Shown: piece by piece, positions 1-13,483 of the stretch
Layout: each line of letters begins with the position of its first letter
How positions within the stretch are numbered: the first letter of the stretch is position 1
Assembly: GCF_947568905.1 (NCBI RefSeq)
Contig: NC_079165.1
Span: 40,734,001-40,798,000, forward strand
DNA length: 64,000 bases
DNA from: Ostrea edulis
Lineage: Eukaryota
Reading direction: 5' to 3'
The notes under the pieces: model-generated
Databases searched by the model: none
Seen by the model: only the letters and a program-made list of their open reading frames with translations
Told to the model about the DNA's origin: nothing
Made by a program: the position numbers and the translations under genes

Positions 1-642
1 GCAACCTCAGAATTTTTGTCGTAATTTTAAAAAAAAAAAAACCCATTAAAATCTATTAATGACCTTGGCATTTTACCTTGAATTCAGGGTCATTGATTTA
101 AGAGTGCAAGTTGAAATATTCCCTGATTATCTTGAATAGCATCCAAGATAATAAAGTTAAAACATTTTAAAGGATCACAAAGGGGATGTAAATGTGTCGA
201 AAAGATTCTAAAGGTCCATATGGTCTAAAGGTCAAATAACATTTTTTGTATTTGAAAATATTCTAAAAGACCTTGAAAATGAAAAATGAATAAATTTTCA
301 TGACCTTGACCTTATTTTGAAAGTCAAAGGTCATGGGTCTTAATGCAAGTGGTCCCATGTCTCTATCTATATTAATGTAAAAGTTAAAGGCTTAAATAAT
401 GATATTCGAGACTTTCAGGGGCAATAAGTATGTTTAAGGGTCCTTGGATCCCTACGATTAGTCTCTCACTGCAAGAGTGTTTTAATGTGAATTCATCAGC
501 AAAGGTTTTGTGTCTCTAAGACTTTTGGTTTAGAAGGAGTCGTGCTAACAAGCTTTTTAACTCGAGCCATTGTCATTCAGAGAAAGGTCAAAGTTCAGAA
601 TTTTAATCAGTTACATTGAAACCTATTAAGATGTTGATACTA

Positions 643-3379
643 TATATGACCAATCGGATATTCTTCATCATGTCAAAGATTTTTATGAAACTCTTTACAC
701 ATGTAAAGATTCAGATCTCTTAGATATAAATTTGGAAGATATCATAAAAGTCTCGGACACCCCTAGGTTAGACAAGACAGCTTCAAACTCTTTGGATGAC
801 AAGATATCTGAAAGTGAAATATATACAGTTCTTAAAAATATGAAAAATAATAAATCACCAGGAAGTGATGGCTTCACCGTAGAATTTTTTAAATTTTTTT
901 GGAAGGACCTCAAAAACCACTATGTATCAGCTGTTAATCATATTTTTGAGAAAAAGGAACTCCCTATATCACAAAGACTGGGGATTATTACATGTTTGCC
1001 AAAAGGTGACAAACCCAGACAATTTCTGAAAAACTGGCGTCCAATTACTCTTCTACATGTAAATGTACTTTATAAATTTATATCGGGGTATCTCAGTTAT
1101 AGAATAAAATCTACCTTAGATTATTTGATATCGGAAACTCAGTCTGGGTTTATAAAAGGTCGGTACATAGGAGAAAACACTAGGTTTGTGTATGATCTCA
1201 TGTCTTTCACTGAATCCAGCAACACACCAGGTTTACTTGTACTGATAGATTTTGAAAAGGCTTTTGACTCTATATCTTGGAATTTTATATATAAAGTTTT
1301 AAATTATTTTGGTTTTGGGGATTGCATAATTAAATACTTGGATAAAAATCTTAAATACAAATATTAAAGCATCTGTATTACAAAGTGGTTTCCTATCAGA
1401 GCAATTTGATATACAGAGAGGCTGTAGACAAGGTGACCCTATTTGCTCCTTATTTATTTATTTTTTGTGCAGAAATTTTAGCTATTCTCGTGAAACAGAA
1501 TACAGATATCAAAGGTATAATAGTGAATGGTAAGGAACACAAAATTTCCCAATATGCTGACGACACAACTTTGGCTCTTGATGGTTCACCAAAATCTCTT
1601 TTTGCTGCACTTGACACTATAGACTACTACTCAAGTTTCTCTGGATTAAAAATAAACAGCTCAAAAACGAAAATTGTTTGGATAGGCTCTAAAAAATTCT
1701 CTAGTCAAGTATATCACCATACAAGATGGAAACTAGAGTGGGGAGGCACTACTTTCAACTTACTAGGAATATAATTTTCTGTGGATATGAAAAAAATAGT
1801 CGATTTAAATTATAATATTCAGATACCAAAAATTAAAGCATTGATACGCCAGTGGAATAGAAGAATACTCACCCCCATTGGTTGAGTTACAGTCACCAAA
1901 ACACTGCTTTTACCTAAGCTAAACCATCTGTTTATTACACTACCAAATCCTTATAAAGATATCTTGTCTTTTCTGAGGAACTGGTTTTTTTTTTTAATTT
2001 ATATGGAATTCAAAGATTGACAAGGTCAAGAGATAAATTGTCACCCAAGATTACTTAAAAGGTGGCATGAAAATGGTTGAAGTGAAAAATTTTATAATGT
2101 CTTTAAAATGTTCTTGGATTAAAAGATTAACAAACAGTCACAAACCATGGGTGGATATTGTTTTGGCAGTACATGGCAATGAGGTGGTAAAAAAAATGAT
2201 AGATTTTGGAGATGAATATATCTATACTATTATAAACCATAGCAATGATTTTTGGCATGATGTTTTTCAGTCATGGTTAGCAATGATTCGAGCAATGGAT
2301 GAAAAGTATTCCATGCAAAAACTCAGTTCTACTCCAGTATGGCATAACACAAATATGTGTGTTGGTAATAAAGACATTTATGTTAAAACATGGTATCAAC
2401 ATGGTGTAAAAATAATTGGAGACTTTTTAGATGAAGATGGAATTTTTTTATTTCTACAAGATTTTTCACAAAAATTTAGACTAGCAAATGTATGTACAAT
2501 TCAATACAACAGTATTACCAGTACTATATCTAAGTTTTTAAAGACTTTGTCTGTTAAGAGATCAGATGTTGAAAAAAATTGTACACCATTTATTCCTTTT
2601 TACTTTGAATTTATACTGTTGAATGATAAATGTTTCAAAGTGTTATATGATATGATAAATAGTAATGGTCTCATACCCAAATCAATTCAAAAATGGAACA
2701 CTGAATTATCTGTACATTTAGAAGGCAATGTTTCTGTCAAAGAGCTGTTTAAAGTTTGTTTTAAAACAAGTATTGATACCCAAGTTCAGTGGTTGCAGTA
2801 CCGAATTCTTTACAAGCTTCTTCCTACGAAATATTACCTCAAGAAAATCAGTATAATTTCAGATGACTGTTGTTCGTTTTGTAAAGAAAATGTAGAAACA
2901 ATGCAACATATGTTTATGTCTTGTTCTTATACTTTAGCACTTTGGAATAATCTTAGCATGCATATTTTCAGAAAAACATAAAAAAGAATTGGTTTTAATG
3001 TTAGTAATGTTATTTTGGTGAAACGCCTCTCAGTTTGTGTAATAAAGTTGTTAATTTCATAATTCTGTTTACCAAACAATGTTTTCAATTGTTCAAAACA
3101 AAACAAAATTCCTCATATTACTGGGCTGATACATTATCTTTCTTTCAAATACAAAGTTGAAAAATTTGTAGCAATTAAATCATGTGAAGTTTTGAAATTT
3201 GACAGACTTTGGGAAAACTGGAAAATTATTTTTGATCTGTAACCTAGTATAAGAAGTATTCAACCAATAATGCTGAATTAGTAGTGTGAAAGAGTGTGAG
3301 ATGGTGTAAGAATGTATAAAATGATTAATATGTATCTTCATTACTATTACTGATGATTATGTGAATATGGAAAAAGAAT

Positions 3380-3416
<37 letters not shown>
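643..3416 (+). mobile_element. 5'-truncated L1/Tx1-clade LINE with poly-A tail and 12-bp target-site duplication
   Basis: Direct repeat ATGTTGATACTA at 631-642 and 3417-3428. AATAAA at 3377-3382, followed by an A-run at 3387-3417. RT motifs and a C-terminal CCHC are encoded inside. Confidence 0.93.
732..3240 (+). pseudogene. Frameshifted LINE ORF2 (reverse transcriptase plus zf-RVT-like C-terminus)
   Basis: ORF pieces 732-1367 (KSPGSDG, NWRPITLL, QSGFIKGRYI, LIDFEKAFDSI), 1385-1774 (ISQYADDT, SGLKINSSKT) and 2067-2981 (CSFCKENVETMQHMFMSC) are collinear but broken by frameshifts and stops. Confidence 0.9.
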
Positions 3417-3419
<3 letters not shown>

Positions 3420-4069
3420 TTGATACTAATGCAAATCATATTTTAAGGGTATCTCCTGCAGGGGAGAGGGTATAAAATATGCAATTTTCTCGTATTTTCA
3501 GATAACCTTGACTGAATTTTCAAGGTCAAAGGTCATTGACCCCATTCCACGTAGTCACATGCCTCTACGACTAATTGTTCTCGAGTTTGACATGTTTTAT
3601 GTAGAAATTGTAAAACGTAAGGGGCAATAACTCTAATAGAGGGTAACTAAATCCTTTTCTTTAATCAATCTATCAATTCTACTAAATGACCTCTATAGTT
3701 CAGTAAATGTTTGATGCTCATTGCATTTACGGTCAAAGAGAAGTAGTGCTAACAAGGATTTTTATGTAAAGTCCAATAACTCCGTAGGGTGTCAAAGTTC
3801 AATCATGCAGAGTGATATGTAATCGTTTCTCAAGAAGAACTATATGATGAACTATAAAGTCTTTCGATAAGTCTTCAGACAAAAATTTTTTTTGACGGCA
3901 GGAAAATAATAAACAGAACAATGACAATAGGACTTTCCACAATAGAGAGCTCTTTCAATGGTTTATAAGAGTTGATTTCACAAGCTATTAAATAAAATTT
4001 TCGTGTAGCACACCATAATATTCATTCAGGTCGCTTATTATTCTTATGGACAAGCTCACCTTAACTTAC

Positions 4070-4455
4070 CCTCTAAACACTTTTTCAGTGGTTCTTCAAA
4101 TTGATCAAATTCCATTTCCTCCATTGCACTAACGACATCATTAGCATTAATGGTCTTTCTCTTCGCTTTCATGGCAAAATTGTTCGAGCAAGATGTGGCA
4201 TACAGAACAAACACACTGGCAGCCTTAGATATGGCTAGTCTGGCTTCTTTGGAGACATTTACACCTTCAGGAATCTGTCAAAGTAAAAGACGCATAAATT
4301 TCGAAACAATCCCAGATTTAAAAAGTACTGATAATAATCATCAACCCTGACCTCAAAACTCTTGAACCTGAGTCTGTTGTTGACCTTACCGCATCTTTGA
4401 TGATCCGTGTCACAACTGCATTTGGTAAGTTTAAATCTTCGGGTCTTTCTGCCAT
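4070..4455 (-). CDS. POLE3: DNA polymerase epsilon subunit 3 / CHRAC17 (histone-fold), partial
   Basis: Exon 4455-4390 ([22 protein letters not shown]|GTAAG). Exon 4274-4070 (AG|[68 protein letters not shown]|GTAAG). Near-identical to POLE3 as remembered. The final exon was not found and probably lies left of position 1. Confidence 0.95.
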
Positions 4456-5699
4456 TGTTCAATCATTTAAAGCAAAGTGATTTTTTAAAGAGACTGTTAT
4501 GAACCCTGAAAAAAAAAGTATGGTAAATATATTCTTCTGGTGATGATTGGCAGCATGTGGTCATGGTAAACACAATAGAGAAATAACCGATAGTCCACTG
4601 TAGTACAAAACATACGTTTGGAATAGATAACTTAAACTCTGTTTTGTAAAAGATGGACTTCACCAAAGCCTTTAGGGATCATTCCAAAAACACACAAGAT
4701 TATAAGTAAGATCATATACTATCTACTGTCATTGAATCCAATGTTTACTATGTGGACTCACTCCTAACTAAGTATACTCGCACTCTTTACGGACAGAGGG
4801 GGAAGGTTTAACTAAAAAGGAAAAACTTTTACAAAACAATAAATAAAAATTAAAATATATAACAACAAAAAATCCCAGACAAACCATGCAAATGTACAAT
4901 GAGAGAGTATTTGACATTGTTTAAGCATACAGTACAATCAATTCTCTGACAGCTGGTGTCAACAAAAGTACCGCAAATGGTACATAATCATATAATACAC
5001 CCATGAAAATGCTTACATAGGGTGTTTTTCTTAAGCCATAATTTGTAGAACTTTGCTTCAGGTAGTATCAGCCATCATCAGGCTATGAAATACTATGAAT
5101 AAAGGGTCTTAGCTTAAAACTGTGACAAGAGGTAGATAGACAAACCAAATCTGTGTGTAAAATATTTCCCCAAATCTGACCAAGTTCAACAACCAGTAAA
5201 TATTTAAAACATCAATGAAAATCTAAAATTGTTGAGAATTACAATCCTTGCACTATGCACATCTTCCTTGCACTACGAACATATAAAAATCAACAAATGT
5301 AATAACACAGTCATTTCCATAGTAACATATGATGCAATAATCAAAACACCTCAAGTTCACTTGCAGTTCTGGTGTTTTAGAAAAGTATTGGCCAAGCTGG
5401 TGAAATGAGGAAATTCCTACGCAACTGCTGGAAATACTAGTTCAAATGTTCCATTGGTTTCAAGATTTACGCAGAATGTGTTTATTTTCACCAATATTTT
5501 AAAATAAAACTAAATAGCAAAAGAACCTGAAAAGAAGACATGAAGCACTGAAATCAAAATGGTAAACAAGAGGCCCATGTGCCACATCACTCGCCTTGGT
5601 CACCATGCCTCTGCTGTTGATATATGTATTTAAAAGATTCCTTCATCGTACTTTATTCTTTCAACTTAAAAATCATTACTCTCTTTTGAACTGAATTAA

Positions 5700-6900
5700 A
5701 AAACATTATGGAAATATAAACTTCTTTTGTTTCAATTAAAATGATATATATCAACAACATTGAGGAGTTACTAAATTAATGTGCACATGCAGTAATAAGA
5801 AGAAAATATCATTATTTCAATGAGAAGCAATAATTCAATTCCATTGGAATAATAACTGGAAATAGGAGGGGGTGTAACTGAATTAAATAAAGAAAGCAAT
5901 AACCCAAATCATGCACTGTGTTGTACACTACAGTAAGGTTCTGTTGAAAAATGTGTAATATTTTCAACAAAAGGAATGTTCATATAATTGTCATAAATAA
6001 GCATTCGGTTCAGTTTGTTCTTCTGTTGCTTGTATTTAATAAAAGATGGATGTTGATGAAAATAACTTAAGATAAATTATTTTTTTCAATATACAATATT
6101 GTTTGCAAGGAACTTGGTTGACAGGTAAAATTGAGTTATTGCTTTCTTTAATTTCTCTAAAGATGACAGTAATTCCAAGGTAATTAGAGAGATATTGGAA
6201 GATGTTAATTCAATATAATTAAAATTAAATCCTTTGATCCACTCACATGCGATCGCTACACGAAGGAACATATCAAAATACGGGAGCGTGAAGGGTCTGC
6301 CTGATTTTAATCAGATTGATGTTAATTAATTTCCATACCACTGATTCAAGACTAAACTCACTGACTGAGGAAACAAACAGGCATACTTGATCTATTCATT
6401 GACAAGGTGAAATATTTAACATGTAAAGGGGATTTGCCTAGTTCAATTTTTATAGCCAAGTTAGATGCTTTATTGTGTACACCTAGAATGTTCTTCAATA
6501 TGAAATTTTTAATCTTTTGAAGTTTTCAAATGGTGCTTTATCAAAATTGTTGAAATTTGTATTAAAATCTGAGATCCATATTTCTGATGAGTATGTTAAA
6601 ATTGGAACAATAATTGTTTCATAGTTTTAACCACAATTTGGGTGAAAGATCTGGGCCAAAGGGAAGTTTATATTGCAGGGCAAAGTAAGTTTTTCTAGCT
6701 CTAGCTGCAAGATCATCACAAACAAATTTCAGACTACCATTTGATTGTAAAAATATGCCAAGATATTTGTACTTATCTATGATATCTAAAATAGTATTGT
6801 TATAAAAAAAATCCATAACAATTCTTTTTCTTCTTTGTTGAACAGACCATAACTTTTGTTTTATGTAAGTTTACATGCAACTTCCATTCTTTACAATATT
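5700..6900 (-). mobile_element. Decayed LINE fragment (CR1/L2-group RT C-terminal region)
   Basis: Minus-strand translation gives IDKYKYLGIFLQSNG...LAARARKTYFAL, IIVPILTYSSEIW and KNILGVHNKASNLAIKIELGKSPL, all typical post-RT LINE motifs. Boundaries approximate. Confidence 0.75.
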
Positions 6901-8438
6901 TTGAAAGAGTGTCTATACAATATTGGAGACCTTCAGCTGATTCTGATAATAAAACAAGATCAATTAAAGGTAATTAAAAGTTATATCGCCTAAAGATACA
7001 GGATTGGTAAAGGTGACCTCAATCATGCATTGTAAATGAAATGATTTTATGACAGGTAAATCTGCAGCTCTCAGGTGACTGGTCTATCCAAAAGTTTCCC
7101 CCAGAGAGCTACAGTTCTGTAACTAGCATAGGACATGCTACTGAATATATAGTATAGCAATACATGTATAGCGTTTGGTACTGGACAACTCATCGAATGA
7201 CAACTCACTGAAGGATACAATATTCATTGAAAATCAACAAATCAAAATTCAAGTCGAAGAAAGACAACTCTTCAATGAGTAATATTAAAACATTTCTTGT
7301 ATTTTTCTATCGGTGAGTTGTCACAAGCCCTTTTATTTTCTGTCTTCTAATTCACCATGACAGGAAAAATTCTGAAATTTACACTGGCAGTGATCAACAC
7401 CCACAGATTCCAACTTATCTACACCTCATCTCACATTTTTCATTTCAAATTGCACCATAACCCTCCAGAGAAGCCCTGCATGGAATCAAAACAACTTCAG
7501 ACTTAATAAATTTTAATGTATCAGGAACAGGTCCAGTATGATCTCTTGATTTTATAGTTATATAGCTTGATTAACCTGATGTAGCTTTTTGATAATGATA
7601 AAGCTAATTCATGTAGCTTTCTTTACCTAATTTTGAATAGATTTGCAGTTTCTCACACTGTGCAAGAAAGTAAAATTTTCATAAGAAACTACTGTCTTCA
7701 ATCAATAACACAGTATGTATCATGGGAAAGTGTACACTTTGCAGTTGGTGTACACAAATCAAGCATACCCCAAGAGATTGTGCTGAAATTGTGAAATTCA
7801 CAGGTGTTTGGGTCTTAATGAATGTGTATACATGTATTTAAAAGACCCAAGCACCTAAAAAAAGAGTGTCGGTAAAATGGATCAGCAAAGAGGGGGCAAA
7901 TTGAAAATTGGGTTTTTCATTTCATCCTAATTACTTCACCAATCAAATCTGAATTCTCAGATTATGGTCCTTACAGGTTGATAAGAATTCACTGTAAAAC
8001 TTGTGCTGAAATACCCTAGAAATTTGACTTATGGATCTGGTTTTAAAGAGTTAGATTTTCTTAAAATGTGCATTTTAGCGTAGATATAGCACTTGTCATT
8101 AAAGAAATATTTATGCCAAGCGAAGCTAGGACAGGCCCGTCCCACCTGAAAAGCAAGACTCTAAAGGTAACACGTGTGAAAGGAAAAAGACCAAATCGAC
8201 AAAAAAAAAGAGATGGACTCTACATACTATCACTGAAAATTCTGCAAGTTGAAAGGGCGCCACCATTTTATATCCTTGACTGTCTCCCGTTTTAATTTAT
8301 ATAAAGCCACACCAGGAGTTCCGAGTAATTAATTCATTAGTTCCTTCGTCAGTTATTTGAGTTTTAAATTTTATTGCCAAAATACATAAGATTATAACGT
8401 GCAATTTAAACACTCAAATTGTCATGTCACAATATAAA

Positions 8439-9047
8439 CAGGTCCAGTCCAAAGACTATTTCTACCTACGTAGCTACTAATAGCTACCTAGGTATTTAAA
8501 CCTACTCAAGGTAGCTATTTTTACCTAATTTTTCCGTTAATTGCATTTCATGGAACGGCGCAATATGGTGTGTACCAAATTTCTTGATTCCCTTACACTG
8601 ACGATGAATACCACAAAAATATTGGACAAAAAATTATTACTTTCTAACCTTTCAAATTTGCATCAATAACTAGACCCAGTTTCATTTTCTAGGAGCTTAG
8701 GATCAAAGCTACATGATAAGAAGTCTAGAATGTCTTACAAATCTGTATTAATTTTAAAGTTTACCTTCATGCATTTTTACATTAAAGGTTTTTGGAGTGA
8801 TTTTTCAAGCATTTCCTCTACATTCTCCACCCTCGTAAAGTATTCACATTTACACTCCGAAGTTTGCTGTGCACGATACATAAAACGACTGACCTGTTTA
8901 AAAGATGTGCCTTAATTATTATTTATTTATATTTTTATAAACAGGTAAAAGTAGGTAGAAGTAGCTACTTTAAGTAGGTTTAAATACCTAGGTAGTACGT
9001 AGCTATTAATAGCTACGTAGGTAGAATTAGTCTTTGGACTAGACCTG
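8439..9047. mobile_element. MITE with ~90-bp terminal inverted repeats (CAGG...CCTG)
   Basis: Left end CAGGTCCAGTCCAAAGACTATTTCTACCTACGTAGCTA... is the inverted match of the right end ...TAGCTACGTAGGTAGAATTAGTCTTTGGACTAGACCTG. Flanked by ATAAA on both sides. Confidence 0.8.
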
Positions 9048-10099
9048 ATAAAAGCGGGGATAAGAGTCAGAGGAATCTCGGATTAGTGCTTGGGTTATAG
9101 ACATCTAACCTCATAGATCTACATACAATATTAATTACTTACACATGTGTAAGATTAGATGTGTATTTATATGTTATGACCCAAGCACCTGTGGGCAAAA
9201 ACAAGAGTTTTAAATTTACCCCGGCCTAGGTTTGTCTTGATGCCATTTTTACAAGGCTAACACTCCCTAGAGATCCCTCCCCCACAAGGGCATGTCACGA
9301 AATTTTTGTCTTATTAAAATGGTCACTTCGTGACGAGCCCCATCGTCGGAAACCCACGGTTGATTACGCTTCGTTCCTCTCTCCATCACCCGTGGGTTTC
9401 CGACGATGGACGTGCCCCTGTGCTCCCCCCTTAAAAAAACACCAATAGGCTTAAAAAACATTTGACTCGCATATGAAACATGAATCAGCTGAAAAAACTG
9501 TATATTTAAGGACTTACATGTAGTACTCAGATCTCAAGATTAACTTCAATCAACAAAATTTTGAAAAGCCTTTGTTAATACTCAATAATGCAATGATGGG
9601 TTTGATTTCCCGCATTTTCTCCAACAACCGGAAGGGTCGAAATTTTAGTTAAATCGTACTCTTAAATATTCCATAGCAGTGATTTTTGTATTCAATCTCT
9701 ATATCCTGTAAATATACCCCTACTATTGCATTCAAACTTTTAAACATCAAAATTTACTAGTTTGTCATTTTGTACAGATATACTAGTGGTGTCGACAAAA
9801 TTGAAAATGTATTTTGAAAGCATTCCAAGAAATTCCTAGCAAAATCTCCGGTATAGAAAAACCGTTATAAATCAGTGACCGCAATTAAGAGATAAGCGAC
9901 GGCTACTATTAATCAGCATGTAATATGGTCCTATTGAAGCCAACGAATTCAGACCGGACGGGATTTCTTGGCATGGTCCGAAATTCAAAGAGCTCTCTAT
10001 TATGAGTTATATCATATTAAAACTAGTCCAAGCATGACTAAAACTGAGTATCGTTACAAAGATGATTGGACTTTCCTCTTTAGAGATTTCCCATGAAAC

Positions 10100-10690
10100 G
10101 TTTTAGCAATGAATGAAGAAACTATAATGAAAATAAAATATCTAATCAATTTGATAACATACAAACAAATTGTGGAAAACTTGTATTTTATAGCCAAGTA
10201 TACAATTATAATTTTTAATTGCAAGAATATTTGAAATATACATTACCAAAAGCTTACAGATCTCTACTCACTAAACTAAGACTAAGTGCACATCCCCTCA
10301 ATATTGAGGTTGGGAGATACTGCACACCTCCAATTCCACGATCTAATAGATTTTGCAAATTCTGCTTGAATGAAGTTGAGGATGAGAAACACTTCCTATT
10401 ATTTTGTACAAAATACGATAACTTAGGAATAAATATTCAGAACATATAGGTGATTTGAATGCAAATTCCATAAAAAGCCTCATGAATTCTGAAAATTATA
10501 CATTCACAAAGCATTTTTGTCAATATTTGAATGAGTGTTTTAATCTAAGGTACACTGAATTGAGAAATCAGGACAATTGTGGTTAATCCGAAAATGTGTA
10601 TTATGTTAAATATATATACTAGTATATGATGTTAATTTATAATGTACGCCTCGTGTTTGGTAATCGTCAATAAAGCATTTGAATTTGAAT
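10100..10690 (+). mobile_element. 3' end of a LINE (L2/CR1 group, Cys/His-rich C-terminus)
   Basis: ORF 10219-10449 contains LTKLRLSAHPLNIEVGRY...RFCKFCLNEVEDEKHFLLFC. Ends with AATAAAGCATTTGAATTTGAATT. Confidence 0.75.
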
Positions 10691-10734
10691 TATGAATTCT
10701 GTTGTTCTAAGATTATGCCAGCTAGATTTATCAA

Positions 10735-10910
10735 TTTATTTATTTGCGTCCCATCGAGAATTTTTCGCTCATATTGAGATTTCACCATCTATAGGTGAAG
10801 TTGTAGGACTATATGCTTAGCGGCGCTCAGGGCCGCGTACGTATTGCTCGGTGAGGGTTCTTTATTGTGCCAACGCCTGCCGCGGAACGGAACCTCCGTT
10901 TTAAGGTAAT
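10735..10910 (-). mobile_element. Truncated SINE copy
   Basis: Homologous to the 3' part of the SINE at 40499-40850 (cgtcccatcgagaatttttcgctcatattgagatttcacc...gggttctttattgtgccaacgcc...acctccgttttaaggt). Confidence 0.65.
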
Positions 10911-11149
10911 AAAATACACTAAGTCATGATTCCAAACTTCAGAGAGACATTGCCGATTATAGTAAATATTCTACCAACCAGTGTCTTTGTTTTACACATA
11001 GACCTTGCTTTAGGTCTATATGCTCTACATGAAAATTTATTATTATTTATTGTGCCACAACATATGCGAGAAGTGGTGCAAATCAACTGTAGATTCTAAA
11101 AATCATAAAATTTAATTTTAATTAAAACATTTCACGACACTTTACACGA

Positions 11150-13085
11150 TCATACCCAGATAGCATTAGCCATAAAATGTTGAAATCAACAAAAACTACC
11201 ATTATCAAACCACTTACTATGCTATTCAACAGATCATTGTCAGAAAATATTTTCCCATCTTTTTGGAAAATTGCTCACGTCATTCCTCTTTTTAAGAAGG
11301 AAGACCCGCCAATAGTATATAATTATAGACCTGTCTCGCTATTATCATGCGTTAGTAAAATTTTGGAGAGGATTATTTTCAAACATGTATATAATTATTT
11401 TCATAGTAATGATCTATTTTATCGATATCAAGCTGGATTTTTACCAGGTCATTCTACAGTTTATCAATTATTAGAAACTTATCATAGTATTGTTCAAAGT
11501 ATTGATGAAGGGAAATCATGTTGTATGATATTTTGTGACCTATCAAAAGCATTTGATAGAGTATGGCATAATGGTCTTATTTTCAAATTACAAACTTATG
11601 GTATATCTGGTAGTCTTTTACATTGGTTCAGAAGCTACTTATGTCACAGATCACAAAAAGTAATGTATAAGGACCTTTTATCGTCACAACTTGATATATT
11701 TGCTGGTGTACCCCAAGGTTCTGTTTTAGGACCTTTACTATTTTTGATTTATGTTAATGATGTTGCTGTAAATATGCTATCAATGTGTAGATTATTTGCT
11801 GATGACAACTCACTCCAGCAGTCCTCATATAATATGCTAGAAATTGAATACAAGCTTAATTATGATTTACATATACTAGAAAAATGGTCAAATAAGTGGC
11901 TACTCAAATTCAATCCATCCAAGACTAAAGCTGTTTATTTTTCGAAAAAAGATAACTCTATTTTACCGAAATTATTTTTCCAAGGTGATAGATTGGAGTG
12001 TGTTCCAGTCCATCGTCATCTAGGCTTATTATTGTCACATAACCTCAGTTGGTCTTTATACATTGATTCCATAGTTGATAAATCTTTTAAAAAATTAGGG
12101 CTTTTAAAAAGGCTTAAGTTCAAAATTGGCAGAAAACATCTGTCAAAATTGTATATAGCCTTTATTAGACCTACTCTTGAATATGCTTCAATTGTTTGGG
12201 ATGGCTGTTCTGTTCACGATACTGGTAAGCTTGAAAAGGTACAGTTACGTGCAGCTAGAATTGTTACTGGTCTTCCTATTTTTGCATCTAGAGAATCCCT
12301 TTATTTAGAAACAGGCTGGCAAACTTTAAAAAGTAGACGTTATATTGCAAAAATGACTACCATGTTTAAAATTTGCAATGGTAGCGCCCCTGATTATTTA
12401 AATGAAATTATTCCACATAAACATGAAAATATATCCCTTTATAATACTAGAAACAATGACAAGTTTTACATTTCAACATGCAGATTAGAATTATTCAAAA
12501 AATCATTTGTACCTGACTCTGTAAAACAGTGGAATTTATGAAATGTAGAAGCCAGAGAAGCCATCTCAATCAATTCATTCCGCAAAAATATAACAGACAT
12601 TACAAGACCACCATCAATACTCTTTTGGAAAACGATATATCAACATTTTTCATACAAAGCTAAGATACAACTGTATACTTAATTATGATCTTTATAAATT
12701 AAATATTACAAATTCGCCGTTTTGTACATGTCGACATATTAATGAAGATGTATACCATCTCTTTTTTGCTTGTAAAAATTACTCCAGGGCTAGAAATGAT
12801 CCTTTTAATCGACTTTTCATGCTTGACTTGGTTAATATTGATACAAAATTGTTATTATGCGGTGATGTCAATTTACCTCTGCAGACTAATATAACAATTT
12901 TTTCAGTTGTTCATAAATTTATAGAAGAAACTTGTAGATTTGTTTAATCATTGTACATTTTACCTGTTAATTATTACCTTGCATGACATATTGTAATATT
13001 TTAGGAGAGGGACTTGTAAGTTGTCAGAACTTGTTCCCAATCCTTTTGATTTCATCAATGAAATATGCTCAAAACAAACAAAACG
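11150..13085 (+). mobile_element. 5'-truncated CR1-type LINE
   Basis: Contains the 454-aa RT ORF. The degraded frame continues after the stop at 12539-12541, with a Cys/His motif near 12700-12780. The 3' UTR ends in CAAA repeats near 13070-13083. Confidence 0.85.
11177..12541 (+). CDS. CR1-type reverse transcriptase (N-terminally truncated, premature stop)
   Basis: NYRPVSLLS, QAGFLPGHST, IFCDLSKAFDRVWH, GVPQGSVLGPLLFLIYVND, LFADD, FNPSKTK, HRHLG and IRPTLEYASIVW motifs. Confidence 0.88.
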   Translation: MLKSTKTTIIKPLTMLFNRSLSENIFPSFWKIAHVIPLFKKEDPPIVYNYRPVSLLSCVSKILERIIFKHVYNYFHSNDLFYRYQAGFLPGHSTVYQLLETYHSIVQSIDEGKSCCMIFCDLSKAFDRVWHNGLIFKLQTYGISGSLLHWFRSYLCHRSQKVMYKDLLSSQLDIFAGVPQGSVLGPLLFLIYVNDVAVNMLSMCRLFADDNSLQQSSYNMLEIEYKLNYDLHILEKWSNKWLLKFNPSKTKAVYFSKKDNSILPKLFFQGDRLECVPVHRHLGLLLSHNLSWSLYIDSIVDKSFKKLGLLKRLKFKIGRKHLSKLYIAFIRPTLEYASIVWDGCSVHDTGKLEKVQLRAARIVTGLPIFASRESLYLETGWQTLKSRRYIAKMTTMFKICNGSAPDYLNEIIPHKHENISLYNTRNNDKFYISTCRLELFKKSFVPDSVKQWNL

Positions 13086-13483
13086 GTAAATAAAAAAAAC
13101 CTGGCTTGCACTGCGCTTCGATCTTCAATAATAAATGGATCACGGAAATATTCATATGTTGTGATCGGTCATCAAAAAAATATATATACATGTATTTCAT
13201 GGAACACCACTCTGATTGTACGCACAAATACTCTGAAATTGCTACTATATAAAAGGATGCTGGAGTTGCTCATTGACAATATCTTCGTATAGTCTTTGAT
13301 GATCGACCTGGAAATACGGGCACGACTTGTTTAATTATTAGCTGCCCCCTCTGTGTATTCTTCTTCTTTGAATTTATTCAAAAGCTTTCATATGAAAAGA
13401 AAAAGTCTCTTGCTGTATCCTTCCATCCAACATTTTGATATATTGACGATCCTTTGTCTATTTGTCTATTTAAAAGATGCTCC

